Source: the human T2T-CHM13v2.0 reference genome, Homo sapiens
Strand: one strand, 5' to 3'
Assembly: GCF_009914755.1 (NCBI RefSeq)
Contig: NC_060930.1
DNA length: 64,000 bases
In this document: positions 31,277 to 45,416 of the stretch, piece by piece
Layout: each line of letters starts with the position of its first letter
Numbering within the stretch: the first letter of the stretch is position 1
Notes under the pieces: model-generated
Seen by the model: the letters and a program-made list of their open reading frames with translations, nothing else
Database searches by the model: none
Told to the model about the DNA's origin: nothing
Translations under genes and position numbers: made by a program

Positions 31277-32935
31277 ACAATGAGATCACATGGACACAGG
31301 AAGGGGAATATCACACTCTGGGGACTGTGGTGGGGTCGGGGGAGGGGGGAGGGATAGCATTGGGAGATATACCTAATGCTAGATGACACGTTAGTGGGTG
31401 CAGCGCACCAGCATGGCACATGTATACATATGTAACTAACCTGCACAATGTGCACATGTACCCTAAAACTTAAAGTATAATAAAAAAAAAAATTAAAAAA
31501 AAAAAAGAAATACTTTAAAAAAAAAAGAAGAAGTATTTATCTTAACAATTTAATAGCCATTTGAAAAAGTAACACAGGTAAATTGAAAGGAAAACATAAT
31601 TCTTCACTTAATTCTTAACTACAAGTGCTTACTAAAGTGATATATGCATCCCTGGGACACTGCACAATTTCTCCAATCTTAGAATCAGATGAAGCACTGC
31701 TACCCCCATTTTCTGGTCCATATTGATTTTTGTGTGGATTTTGCATTTGACCATAGCAACTATCAAAAACCCAGCTTCACAAAGATATGATGTCAACAAA
31801 AGGAATGTTGTTCTAAAGTTGAAACTATGAACTACTTCAAGGTAGCAGCTTGTACAATATTCAGGATGTTGACTTCAAAACTTTTAAGTATTCCACAGCA
31901 CTCTTGTGAATTCACCGTGGTGCCCCCATGAGCCTTGGCACACAGTTTGGGAACCATGGTGTTACCCTATGCTGCTAGCCAACAAATCCCAAGAGCTCAA
32001 GTTCTGCCACCAGGAGGTTTACCAAACCTCTAAGAATTCTGGGCTAGGTAAATAATGCAGGTCTCCCAGAAAACTACAATCTAGCCTATGTTGATTATTC
32101 TTACCTCTGTTATAAAGGTATATATGAGGCTACTATAGCAATGTTGCACTTTTATAGACTGTCACTTCCATGGAGCGTGAGGCAATAGTAATAAATGTGA
32201 GTTCAAATCCCAGCTATGCCATTTACTGACTTTTTCCTTATTATAATAATAGTTTTTATCCATCACTTACTGTGAACCAGGCACTATACAAAGCATGTCC
32301 ACTAATGACCTAATTTATCTTCTCTGTTGGCCTTATTATTATCTCTATTTTACAAATGACAAAACTGAAGCATAGAGTTCAAAAATTTGCTCAAGATCAT
32401 ATGACCAGAAAGTATTTGGAAAGTTACTTAGTCCCTCTTTAAAATGGAGGGAATAAAGCCTGGCTGAATAAATACTGATTTCAGTATAATTTTACTTGCC
32501 ATCACAGGAAAAAGGAAGATGGAAGGGAAAAAAAGTTCCTACATTTTCAAATACAAGTTTCTTTAGATGGACCATTTTGCCTTTTAACCATACAAAATTA
32601 ATACTTTTAAAAATAGTTGTTCCCTGAATAGTATCAAGATTCCTTCTGATTTTTTAAATATTTTCAGCTAAGTCAATATCTTTTAACTAAGGCTAGGAAC
32701 AAAATGGGAAGAAGGACATTGGAAGACTGAATCCTAATTCAGAGAAGAGATGAGTTGTCAGACTCTTCAATCAGCGATATTTTAAGACTCAGCTGAACCA
32801 GGAAGTGTGTTCTTGTTTTTATATTTTAATGCCTTATCCATAGGTTGGGGTCACCTGGGCTAGAGACAATGACCACAACACCTGCTTGCTGCCAGTATTA
32901 GCCACCCTATGACCTCTTAGATATTTACAGTGTTA

Positions 32936-33244
<309 letters not shown>

Positions 33245-34014
33245 TTAAATAAAACTTCTTAAAACAAAATATTGTAAACTGTATTATAATTACTTCAAAA
33301 ACAAAAAGTATGGTGGGAGGATCTGCATTTGTTAACTCTTCAAATTGATCTTCCAGATCTTGGGAAGTCAGGCACCTCGTTGTCTACCTGTCTGATCCCA
33401 TACCTAATGCCATCCTCACTCAGGTCTGGAATGACTTCTCTCTACCTCTTCGCCTAGCTAAATCCTCTCAGTTTCAAGGCCCAGCTGAAGTTCCCTCTCA
33501 CCCACAAATCCTTCCCAAATTCTTTGGCTATAGTTTTATTATATGTATCACCTATTTTTGCATAATTAAATGTTTTATATTTTTCAAACTCATTTTTTCA
33601 TTTCTTTATTTGTTCATTCATTTAGTTACTCATTCATTTAGTAAGTAAAATTGTTTTAAGAATTGACTAGGTTCTTTTCTATAAACAAAACAAGCAAGAC
33701 CCCTGCCTTCCTAGAACTCATATTCTAGTTTACCACCTGCCCTATGGTCTCCGTTGCACCTTCTAAACTCTGCTGTTATGGCACAAAAGAATCCAAAGAA
33801 AACTCGTATATGAATGAGCATCTGTGCAAATAAAACTTATTTACAAAAACAAGCATACGTCAGTGTGAGCTCATAGGCCATGGTTTGCCTATACCCGCCT
33901 GAGGTAATAAAATGACAATTTTTTTCCTGAACTGATATTCCATGAAAAATACTCAGATATCTGAAGGAAAAAAGTTAACTTCAATAAAAAAACACAGCTT
34001 GAAAGCATTTTCAC

Positions 34015-34178
34015 CTTTAAGCATGGTTTCCCCAGCTTGACACACAGGCCGTCACTTGTCTTGGTGTAGTGGCTCACAAATTCGTTCAGTGTTGAAAAGA
34101 TTCTTCTTCGCGTGAGAAAAAATCCCCCTTCATCCAGTCTTTTAATTCTGTAGTGTTTTACAACTGCTCCATCTAAAA
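34015..34178 (-). CDS. FRK: FRK exon 3: C-terminal half of SH2, [54 protein letters not shown]
   Basis: Acceptor ttccag|, donor AAG|gtgaaa, 164 nt. Confidence 0.97.
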
Positions 34179-35589
34179 CTGGAACCCAAAATAATTCCTG
34201 TTAATAAACTTCTTGCTAAAACCAAGCAGATTTATTTACTTTGTGGTGACATTTTCAATGCATAAAATGAAATCTATATAAAATTATATGTGTTTCTCAA
34301 CTTTGTCTCAGAAAAGATTTAAGAAAGTTTACAAAGGATATAGAACAAAAGAGAGAGTGTGAGAACTGGGAAACAATACTGAAGGAAATAGAAAAATAAA
34401 GGGGTGAGGCTAGCACTAAAAGAATCCATGCTTCAAAGCCTAGTATACTTGATTAAAACAAGCCATAAAATTGACTCTATCACTCTAGCAATGCAAAGAA
34501 GGACACCTTACCATTTTGAGGAATCACAGTATCCATAAGATAAAATCATGAAAGGTTTTTAGAAACAGTTTGACTCTTCCTGGTGCAGAGACCAGGGAGA
34601 AATTTCTCCCATGAAATCCTATAATGTGGCTTTGGAAATAAACAGTGTGCTCAATACCGTCTTACAATAATGCATGAAATTCCACAGGACTGTTCATTAT
34701 ATTGTACCTCAATGCAGACTGGTAACAGAATGCCCTAACACAGTTCAATAAAAGCAATTCCACAGAGCCTAAAATGATGCAGTCCACACATGCAACGTTC
34801 TAGCAGTATTGCTTCATCCAAGGGTAAGTCCTGTAGGACCTACAGGAATAACTAAACCGTGTTACTTTGACCTAGTCTGGCTTGCAGTGGCTATTTTGTT
34901 ACTGTTGCCGCCCACCTACCATTGACCCTTCTTCTGTTAACAGCACCCCCAGTTTTCCTCAGAGAATTGTTGTTTCTCTGAAAGCGTGTGGTCCAGAGGG
35001 ACCTGGTAGCCACCTGGAGCCGAAGAAGACATAATTAGTGCAATAAGAACCAAGGAACCCCAATTCCGGGACTTAATAGTTCCAGAAAGACAGGAAGAGT
35101 TTTGTTGCTGTGGCTGTTGTTTTGGTTTTGGTTTACTGATGGGAGTTTGGAGCTATTGACAGAATCCTGGCCTCCAGACAGGAAGCAAGCTTGCCTGAGA
35201 AGAGAAGCAGCCCAGTGGGAGGCAGTCTTGATTTGGAAAGTGAAGCTTAATCCCAGGAGCCAGCCAAGCCTGGCTTTTCAGCTACAAGAGTCAATTAATT
35301 ACCTTTTTGGTTAAACTATTTTGAATAGGGATTTCTGCACTTACATTCAAAATATTGACTAATGCACTTTATACCTATGCTTTCACTTAGCAAAGTTGTT
35401 GATAAGTATTGGGCAGCATTTATCACCAGAATGCTATTCTGCATTCCTTGCTAAATATATAACTTTATGCTTCAATGATTAGTCAGGCTGGTGCAATGCT
35501 CTTATGATAGGAAAGAAGACATCCCACTTCCCATATGGAGGTTTACTGAGGGCATGCCAATAGCTAGGAATTTTTTTTTTTTTCAAAAA

Positions 35590-36560
35590 CAGGAATTGGC
35601 ACACACCAGAAAAGCTAAAATGAAAAAAGTATTAACAAGGAAGTGGAGTGACTTCCCACACACAGTTGATGGAAGAGTAATTTTTACCACCACTCTGGAA
35701 AACTGTTTTTCCTTATCTACTAGAGTTGAACACAGTCATACATGTCATACAGTAATTCCACTCCTAAGCATAAAATCAATAAATGTGCACAATATATTCA
35801 CCAAAACATGTGTTTAAGAATGTTTTTAGTTGCCTGATTTGTAAGGGTTCAAACCTGGAAACAATCCAAATGTTCATCAACACATAAATAGAACTATCCA
35901 AATGTTTATCAACTAAAAAACAATTGAATTAGCTAAAAAATTGTCATCTAGTGGAATGCAAATTTGTAAATAAACAAAAACTGCAGCTACACATAACAAA
36001 GTGAATGAATCTCGCAAACTCAAATATATAGTCTCATTATTAAAAAGCAAGGCTAAGCTGGGCGTGGTGGCTCACGCCTTTAGTCACAGCATCTGGGGAG
36101 GTTGAGATGGAAGAATTGCTTGAGGCTAGGTCTGCAAGCCAGTCTACGCAATGGTGGCAGACCCTGTCTCAACAAAAAATAATAATAATAATTGTTTTTA
36201 AATTAGCCAGGATTGGTGGCACACACCTGTAGTCACAGCTACTTGGGAAGCTGAGGCAGGAGGATCACTTCAGCCCAGAAGGTCAAGGCTGCAGAGAGTT
36301 ATGATCGATTGTGCCACTATACTCAAGTCCAGCCTGGGCAACAGAACAAGACTGTCTCTAAAATAAGTAAATAAATAAATATCAAAAACAAGCAAAACTA
36401 TTGATATGAGGGGTCAGTGACTGGGACGTTCACCTTATTCTGTTTCTTAACTTGGTGCTGGTTACCTGGATGAATTCACTTTGTACTCACCAAACTAAAT
36501 TTTTATGAATTGTGTACTTTTATTATGTGTATCACACTTCAATTTAAAAGAATACTTTTA
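35590..36560 (+). mobile_element. Old L1M 3' fragment containing an AluJ (~36057-36380)
   Basis: Degenerate ORF2 end (AATTCCACTCCTAAG...CCTGGAAACAATCCAAATGTTCATCAAC) with a diverged dimeric Alu. Approximate. Confidence 0.75.
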
Positions 36561-38707
36561 AAATGTCAGTGTTTTGCTTCTCTTTATGAACAAATGGGGA
36601 ATCGAGTCTCCAAACTGCTATATTATGGTTCATGCTGTATTATTTCAGTATGGAAGGTTATTAAAGTAAATGTTACCTAATTTTCACCCTGGGTATAAAA
36701 ATTCTCAGTAACATACACGTAGAATATTAACTTTAAGCAAATAAGTTTTCTAGTAAGCACTGTGAGAAACCTGGCTACAAAATGCCCTCCTAAATAACTG
36801 AGTTGACTTGCACTATAGGAGTATTTGCTATAAGCCAGAAAAATGCAAGGAAATATCAAACAAAAATCAAGACTTTAGGTGTACAACACTGAATTTGAAG
36901 GTAACCTTTCTAACACAGCATCAACCACAATAATGCAAACAATACACAGAAAAGCACAACTAATAATTAAAGCCTACACCTTTCATGTTCTTCCCAGTGG
37001 TCTTTAATTTGTAGTCTGTGAGAATAACACTCCCCTGTCCCTAGATGAAAGCTCCAGCAAAGTTTTTCTGCCCACTTTTAGGTATTAGACAGTCTTACTT
37101 CCACTTAAAATCACAAACAGTGTCTCAATTCAAGCCTAGATGCCCAGTCCCAGATGATAACCAAAACACTCTACTGCTACGTGATCAGATGTCGAATCTT
37201 CTCTCCTTCCCCAGCTCGGTCTGGCCCGCTTCAGGCAAAAGGCAGCAGTGGAAACATGGTATGGGTGCCTTCCTCTCTGTTTCTCTACTATAGCTGCTCC
37301 TCCACTTTTCCTTCCCAGCTGGGCTCTGAGCATCCAGACTAAGAGCAGAGAGAAGAGGGAGTAAAGAAGGAGAAGGCCACACTCAGTCAACTTCCCACTC
37401 CGAGCCTGCTGGCAGAAACTGAAGCTGACTCCTCTCTGGGACACTCATGCAGGCCCTTTGGGGCTTCCCTGTCTCTAAAGGAACCCTCACTGCAGCTGCT
37501 AAGATGCAGACATTTCTAGGATGCCTGCACCCAATTGCCTCTCAGCTTCTGTTTCCTGGGCAGTTCTCCCACCACATTCTCCCTTATAGGTCTCCTCTTA
37601 TCCTCCAGCAGAAGCTTTCCTGGGCAAAACCCAAAACTCCTCCAGACTGTCCATCTACAGTGCCGTGGCACTTTTGCTCATTAGGAGACCCACTTATGGT
37701 CCTGAGATAATATTTACACATCCCTTGCCCTGACAATTACTAGGAGGAGAGAGAAGCTGGTGCCCTAAGTTACCTCTATCCTACTTCCACAGGATGCTTT
37801 CACCTTCTCAACCTGAGTCAGGCACCTGTGTTCTATCCTCCCAACTGCAGAGGGTGGAGAGTTAGCTCTCAGAGTGGCCTTCCTGAAGCACCCTCTCACT
37901 AGGTTTGGGGTCCCATTCATTAGCCCAGGAATAAAGGGGGTTCCATAGTGTGCCAACAGCTTTCTTCAAAAGCAAAATGCCATCAGCAAATTCTTCCTCC
38001 ATTCCACTCCTTGTATCCTTTCTAAATTATTAACAAGCTGAGAGATCCAAGAACAGCCATACCTATCTTTGACCAATTCCTTTGTCAACTGTGAGTATGG
38101 AGATCTGACTTTGAACTTCTACTTCTATTGTGTCTTAATAACCTCAATCAAAAACTCCATTTTAACATTGTTATATTCACATGTATTGACCCAAACACCA
38201 TGCTAAGCATGATTTTACATTATTTTGTTGTAATCTTTTAACAGTCATATAAGGTAGTTATTAGGTCCATTTTACTACTCATAAAAGTCAGTAGATGGCA
38301 CTGCCAGGATTCAACTTGGGGCCTTGTGACTCTAAGACGCTCTATAACCAGCAGATTTCACACAGCAGATCTAAATGTCTAAGAAGACACACCTCCAGTT
38401 CACGACAATAATATTATGTCATCTGTGTTCAGGAAAATGTGTTACTTTCAGCAGTGATATCATTCATTAATTTTAATGTTTTCCTTTACATTAAAATACA
38501 AAAGGCAAGAGTCCATTTAGTTCCTTCAAGAGCAATATCATTTTCTTAAACTTTTTTGTGTATCTGGAACACATCCTTGCACTCTGATTTGTCAAGCTAC
38601 CATTCCTACTGGCTATGACTCTTAGGCCAGTGTTAATTGCCCTATATAATAATCATCAAATAGAGGACTTCTATCAGGATATAGAGCTTAGCTCATAATA
38701 TATTCCT

Positions 38708-39374
<667 letters not shown>

Positions 39375-42300
39375 TCATTTCTCCACAAAGTTATAAAAAT
39401 ATAAGAAGTAGAAGGATATCTAAATATAAAATATACTTGCTATTTACATAAATTCTTGGCCTACATGTTCAAGCCTTGACATCTATCAAAAAGAGAAGTC
39501 CATAAATTAAAGCTGAGATGTCTAGCAAGCCAATAGGTCTGTAATTGGAAATGATGGGAAGCAATAAAAAGAATTTCCCTTATATAAACAAGATGAACTA
39601 TCTACTAGTTCCAAATTGAAATGGACTACGTGGAAATTAAACACAAACTTACAAATTCCTTCATAGTGCACCACAAAAGATCTAATAGTCTCCAAGCTAG
39701 AGACTAAAGTAAATAGATGGCAGAGGGGTTAAAGTGTGCTTTGTGATTTTCTTAATAAGAGATGCAAATCACAGTGATAAATATGGCTTTGGAGATTGCT
39801 ACCGATTATATAAAGAAAGCCTAAATAAATATTTGCCAGATCTTTATGATGCAGGTTTAAATTTTCAACTGTAAAACCCAATGCTTGGCAATAGCACCTA
39901 GAGTTTTCAAGCACAAAGAGAGGTATTTTGCTTAACGGAAAAAGCAACAGACTAGGAAATGGCAGACCCAGGTTAAAATTTAATTAGTATATAACCAAAA
40001 ACATGTCAGTCTCATGGGCCTTGATTTCTTTATTATTAAAATAAAAGAGTAGGCTTTTTAAAAAAATCTCCAAATTTCCAAATGTTTCCATCTTAGCATT
40101 CAAAGATTTCTGAAGACCATTGCTTTCTCTCCCTAAATTCTGATCTGTTTGCGTAGTCCTTTCATAAAACTTTAGTAATTCTTACCTTGGAGCTTTTGAA
40201 CCCCATTTGAATGCTTTTCCTGTGAATCTTCTAGAATCTGGCCCCTTCCTTTCCTCTCAATTTAAATCCTCAGAGCCAGCCTTCTCTATCCACTCGAGCT
40301 CCTCCTTTCTATCACATAAACCTGTTTAATTGTGATACTATTTATCACAGTAGAATTATCTCTGTGAGGGCAGGGGCTCTGCTGTCTTCATCCAATAAAT
40401 AGAGGTTGGCTCAGAGTAATCACTAATATAAACATCTACTAAATGAATGAATGATATCACTAACTCTTGTATTTTAAGTGAAATATAAATTTCTGAGATG
40501 TCTGCTGCAATATTAAATAGGTAATTATAGCAATACTTTCGGGACTTACAAGACTTCCCTGCAATCTTATTTTAAAATGGCAAAAATAAAAAAAACCAAC
40601 CTCAGGATATAAACACTACTAGAGAATAGTCATTCAAGTCAATATCTAATTTCTTGATTTTTAAAATATAATGCAGAATTTTTTTTTCATCTCTTACTGG
40701 CATCATGAGCATTTATATATGGTTCCTTCAAGTTTTCAATCTCAACAAAACTGGAAGATATGTATTATTTAAAAATAAGACAACAAAAGCTACATCAGGA
40801 AAATTCAATACATTGTAGCCAGGATGAAGGCACTTTTAATATTGCATATATTCATAAATAATCAAATACAGAATACGAACTGTTTTTTAAAAGTATTTTC
40901 ATCTGTTAGTGGTGAGTTCATATGCTTGCAAATTGTCGTTCTTAATGAAGGTTGAATTCAGGTGTCTCAGAACCAGAGAGAAATGAATTTTCTATTCCTT
41001 TCCTGGCTTGTGATCTTTATTATTGAACTGAGCCTATTCCATTTCCTACAGACTATAAGTGAATGCTTGTGCCATTCTTTTTGTGAAATACTATGAGTTC
41101 ATACTAGTTAAGTATTTTAGTAGTTCAGCTGCAAAAAATATATAAGATTAACTAAAATAAACTGGAATCATCCATCAATAAAGTTGCTGGCATTATGATT
41201 GAACTCAGCTAAAAGATCAAAGATCCTGAGTTTACATGTTGTTTTACCTAGGGAGAAATGTTTCACCTGTCAACTGATGAATCTAGCAGAACATGTCGAA
41301 GAATTAGGACATATTGTGGAGACGTGGGTAAGTATGTATCAGGAATACAATAAATGTTGGTTGCATGTTGAAAGAACTCAGTTATTCTGCACGTTAACTT
41401 CTATATGGACTATACCACCGGTCACCTGATTATTTGGCAACCCTCACATCCAGAGTAACTGGTTCGGGAGAGGATCTATGAGATCTAGTTGGGGTCTGAT
41501 GATTTCCGTCCTATTTGCCAAACCCAAGTGCATTTATGTAATATATAGTTGGTGACAGATATAGAAGCCCAGCTTTCTTCTAACATGGTAAGGTCTTATT
41601 TTGCAGTCCTTTCATAAAACTTCAGTAATTTTCACCTTGGAGCCTTTGAGGTAGAAAAGGGTTTCTCTGCCACTATATAAAAGAATACTGTGAGATTTTA
41701 TCATAAAGCACTTTCAAAGAACTCTGCCCCAATTCTACCCCACACAGGTAACATATTATTCAGAACATATTAAACTATTATGAAATTCAGGATATTCCAA
41801 AATTAGATTTTTAAAAGACAGAAATTCCAGAAACTAAGTTTGGAATATAACATAAACATAAAGTCAGAGGCTGTGTCTGCAAGACACAAAGACGTCAAGT
41901 CGGCTCAGTGAAAAACATTGGTATAACAATTAGTTTGGTGTTTTACAGAAAAACAAATGGTTGATTGTGCAGATTTTTGTTTTTCAGCTGGTCTTCTGGC
42001 ATCATCTGGGCATAGCCTTATTCCTACTGACTGATAATAATCTCTTCCCATACTGAGTAAAACAATATGACTTCATTGATTGAGCAAAGGAATGAAAATC
42101 AAGAACTCACTCCCCTAATCTTATTCTGCCAGTGATTTGTTCTCTGACCTTAGGCAAGGAATTTCATTTCAGTTTCCTTATCTAGAAAATGAGAATAATG
42201 ATCTTATCTATATACTCCCACAGGGATAGTTTGAGTGTCATTGTTCACAAAGGATGATAGATATTTCTAATGTACAATGTGTGAATACTGTATCACAATA

Positions 42301-44038
42301 TCAGTATTGTCAAATAGCATTGTCAACAAAAGAGAGGCAGTTCCAAAGTAATATTTTCTACTCCTTACAGAGTAATGGCAACTTAACATAGTGGCTACCA
42401 AGCATATTAAGCTAAGAAATTGCTATTAATTCTGTGTGCAAAAACTCCTGCACTTGTAAACTCCTGTTTATTTGGTTTGTTTTTAGATTTGTTTATACTT
42501 TTCAAAACCATTACAAAGACAACCATGATGATTCTCCCTATACCACTGCCTCAGAAATCATGCTAAGATAGCTCTACACCAATAAGTGAATAACATTAAT
42601 TGATTTGTTATGTTGTATCTCCCATTAAAACACAGTTCAAGACACATGCTAATGTTACACTGAATTCTCTTCTACAGCAAATAGAGTAGGATTCCAGCAT
42701 GAATTATTTTGAGAGAAGAAAGTACATCTGTCTAAATTATTAAAGTGCCATCATGTAGAAGAGTTGTTCTCTCCTTTCCTGGGGAAAAATATCCACTAAG
42801 ACCAAAGAGAACAAACACAGCTGATTCATTTTATGCATACAACTCAACCTATGGGTCTCAAAGGGCGCTTGGCTCCCAACCATGAAAATTCTGTGTGCTG
42901 CAGACATTGGTCAGTAAGTTTTACTGTTAAACTGTAGACTGAATTAGATCATGATCCATTAAGGAAGTGTCTATATTAGTTGACTCAAGAAAGCTTACCA
43001 AAAGAGCTTTTTGAGGATACATCTAATAGGTGCCAGGTCCTAGGGTCTATCAGGGTTGTTACTGGTTAAGAAGCCCAGCTGAGGTTACTTTATAGTTAGA
43101 GGCAATAATCAACAACTTTTGTAGGCAAAAATTAACTATCTCTTCCATATGGCATAGCATAGAAATTGTGAGCCTGAACCATACATTGGTTCAAATGCTG
43201 ATCACATTTTTGAGAAAAATTAGTCTTATTCTAAAGACCCCAATAGTCCAATCCCTTATGGGAATAAACCAACTCCTTATCAAAACTGGCTATTAGGTGT
43301 TCAGTACAGTATGTCAATTTTATTGTTTATATATCCGGTATGTAAAGCAGATGAGTATCTTTTTAATTAACAATATATAATTGTAACATTCAATATTTTG
43401 CCAGCTAATTTAATTGAAAATTACAATTTCCCATGAAAAGTACAATTTCCCATGAAAACAGCATTTACAGCATCTCATATTGCAGAGAAATGCTCAGAGA
43501 AATAACTTGATTCTTTATTCCTCTTGGGACTCTAACTCCTCACTTGGTATTATATCTGCAATAAATCACCAGGAATTAACATACTTGGATTATATTATCC
43601 CAGTTTCCTACAGAAAATCTTTCACTGGGTAAAGATATAATGAGACATGAGACCCAGTGTATCTACTTTTCAAAACTTACTCTAAGGAAATAATCTAAAT
43701 ATTTACATGCATTTATTTAGTTATATCCCTACCTTGTTCTAAAAATGTCTGAAGGTTTGCATAAATTATAAAATGCCTCAAAATATAATAAAATTTAAAA
43801 TAAGTAGATGAAGGAAATAAGACAAAAGGTAAAGAAAAGGACGATGACTCCAGGAACTTGCCTATTATGCTTTACATAGATATCTTCAGATGCCAATCCA
43901 TGTTCAAGCGATGTGAGCCAGATTTGGCACTGTGCCTTTCTAGCGCTCACAGTAAAGAAGTAAACACATTCAGTTACCTAATTCCATGAAGAAAATATTA
44001 ATAAACTATTAATAAAAACACATACACACACACAACTA

Positions 44039-45416
44039 CAGTCATGTGCCAAATAAAGATGTTTCAGTCAACAACAGCCTGCATAAATGATGGTGGTTCC
44101 ATAAGATTATAGTGGAGCTGAAAAATGCTATTGCCTAGTGACCTCATTGTGCTACCACTTGTAGCACAATGCATTATTACATGTTTGTTGTGTACAATAC
44201 ATAATATATGATAACAATAATTAATGACTATGTTACTGGTTTATGTATTTACTATGCTATATTTTTTGTTATTATTTGAGAGTGTACCCTACCAGCCTGG
44301 GCAACACAGTGAGACCTTATCTTTACAAAAAATGAACAAAATTATCTGAGTGTGGTGGCACATGCCTATAGTCCCAGCTACTCGGGAGGATGAAGTGGAA
44401 GGATCATCTGAGCCCAGGGAGGTCAAGGCTGCAGTGAGCCATGATCACACCACTGTACTCTAGCGTGGACAACAGAGTGAGACTCTGTCTCAAAAAAAAA
44501 AAAAATACATGCAAAACAGACAGAGAGTATACTCTTTCTACTTATAAAAACATATTTAACTATAAAACAGCCTCAGGCAGGTTCTTCAGGAGCATTCCAG
44601 AAGAAAGCACTTTTATCATAGGAGATGACAGCTCCATGGGTGTTATTGCCCCTAAAGACCTTCCAGTAGAACAAGGTGTGGATGTGGGAGATAGTGATAT
44701 TGATGATCCTGACCCTGACTAGTCCAAAGGTCGTGTGTGTGTTTATGCCTTTGTTTTTGACAAAAAAAGTTTAAAAAGTAAAAAATAGAAGAACTTTAAA
44801 ATAGAAAAAAGCTTATAAAGACACAACAAGAGAATATTTTTGTAGAGCTGTAAAATGTGTTTGTTTTACACTGTTATTACAAAACAGTCAAAATATTTTT
44901 TAAAATTAAAAAATGTATAATGTAAAAAGTTATAGTAAGCTAAAGTTCATTTACCATTGAAAAAAGAAAAATATTTTTTATAAATCTGATGTAGTCTAAC
45001 TGTACAATATTTATCATAAAGTACAATAACATCACAGGCCTTCACATTGACATCACAGGCCTTCACTGACACACCCAGGGTCCTGCAACTTGAGTCCTGC
45101 AAGTTACATTCATGGTTAGTTGCTTATACAGGTGTAACATTTCTAATATTTTAAACCATGTTGTTACTGTGTCGCTTATATGTTTAGATATAAATACACA
45201 AATACTATTGTGTTACAGTTGCTTACAGTATTCAGTTTAGGGACATGCTGTACAGGTTTGTAGCCTAGGAGCAATAGGCTATACCACAGAGCTTAAGTGT
45301 GTAGTAGGCTATAGCACCTAGGTTTGTGTGAGTACACTTGGTAATGTCCACACAATGGACTCACCTAATGGCACATTTCTCAGAACATATCCTGGTTGTT
45401 AAGTCATGCATGACTA
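44039..45416 (+). mobile_element. Tigger3/Golem-type DNA transposon deletion derivative, containing a 5'-truncated AluJ (~44291-44505)
   Basis: TA|CAGTCATGTGCC...GCATGACTA|TA terminal inverted repeats and TA duplication. The Alu is flanked by GAGAGT(G/A)TAC(C/T)CT. Confidence 0.85.

Noticed and set aside
31327-31354. G-rich tract able to form a G-quadruplex
   Set aside because: Standard feature of every young L1 3'UTR.
43422-43458. Short tandem duplications (TACAATTTCCCATGAAAA x2; similar at ~21672, ~45029, ~54450, ~57412)
   Set aside because: Ordinary slippage duplications; two copies only, no array or CRISPR-like structure.
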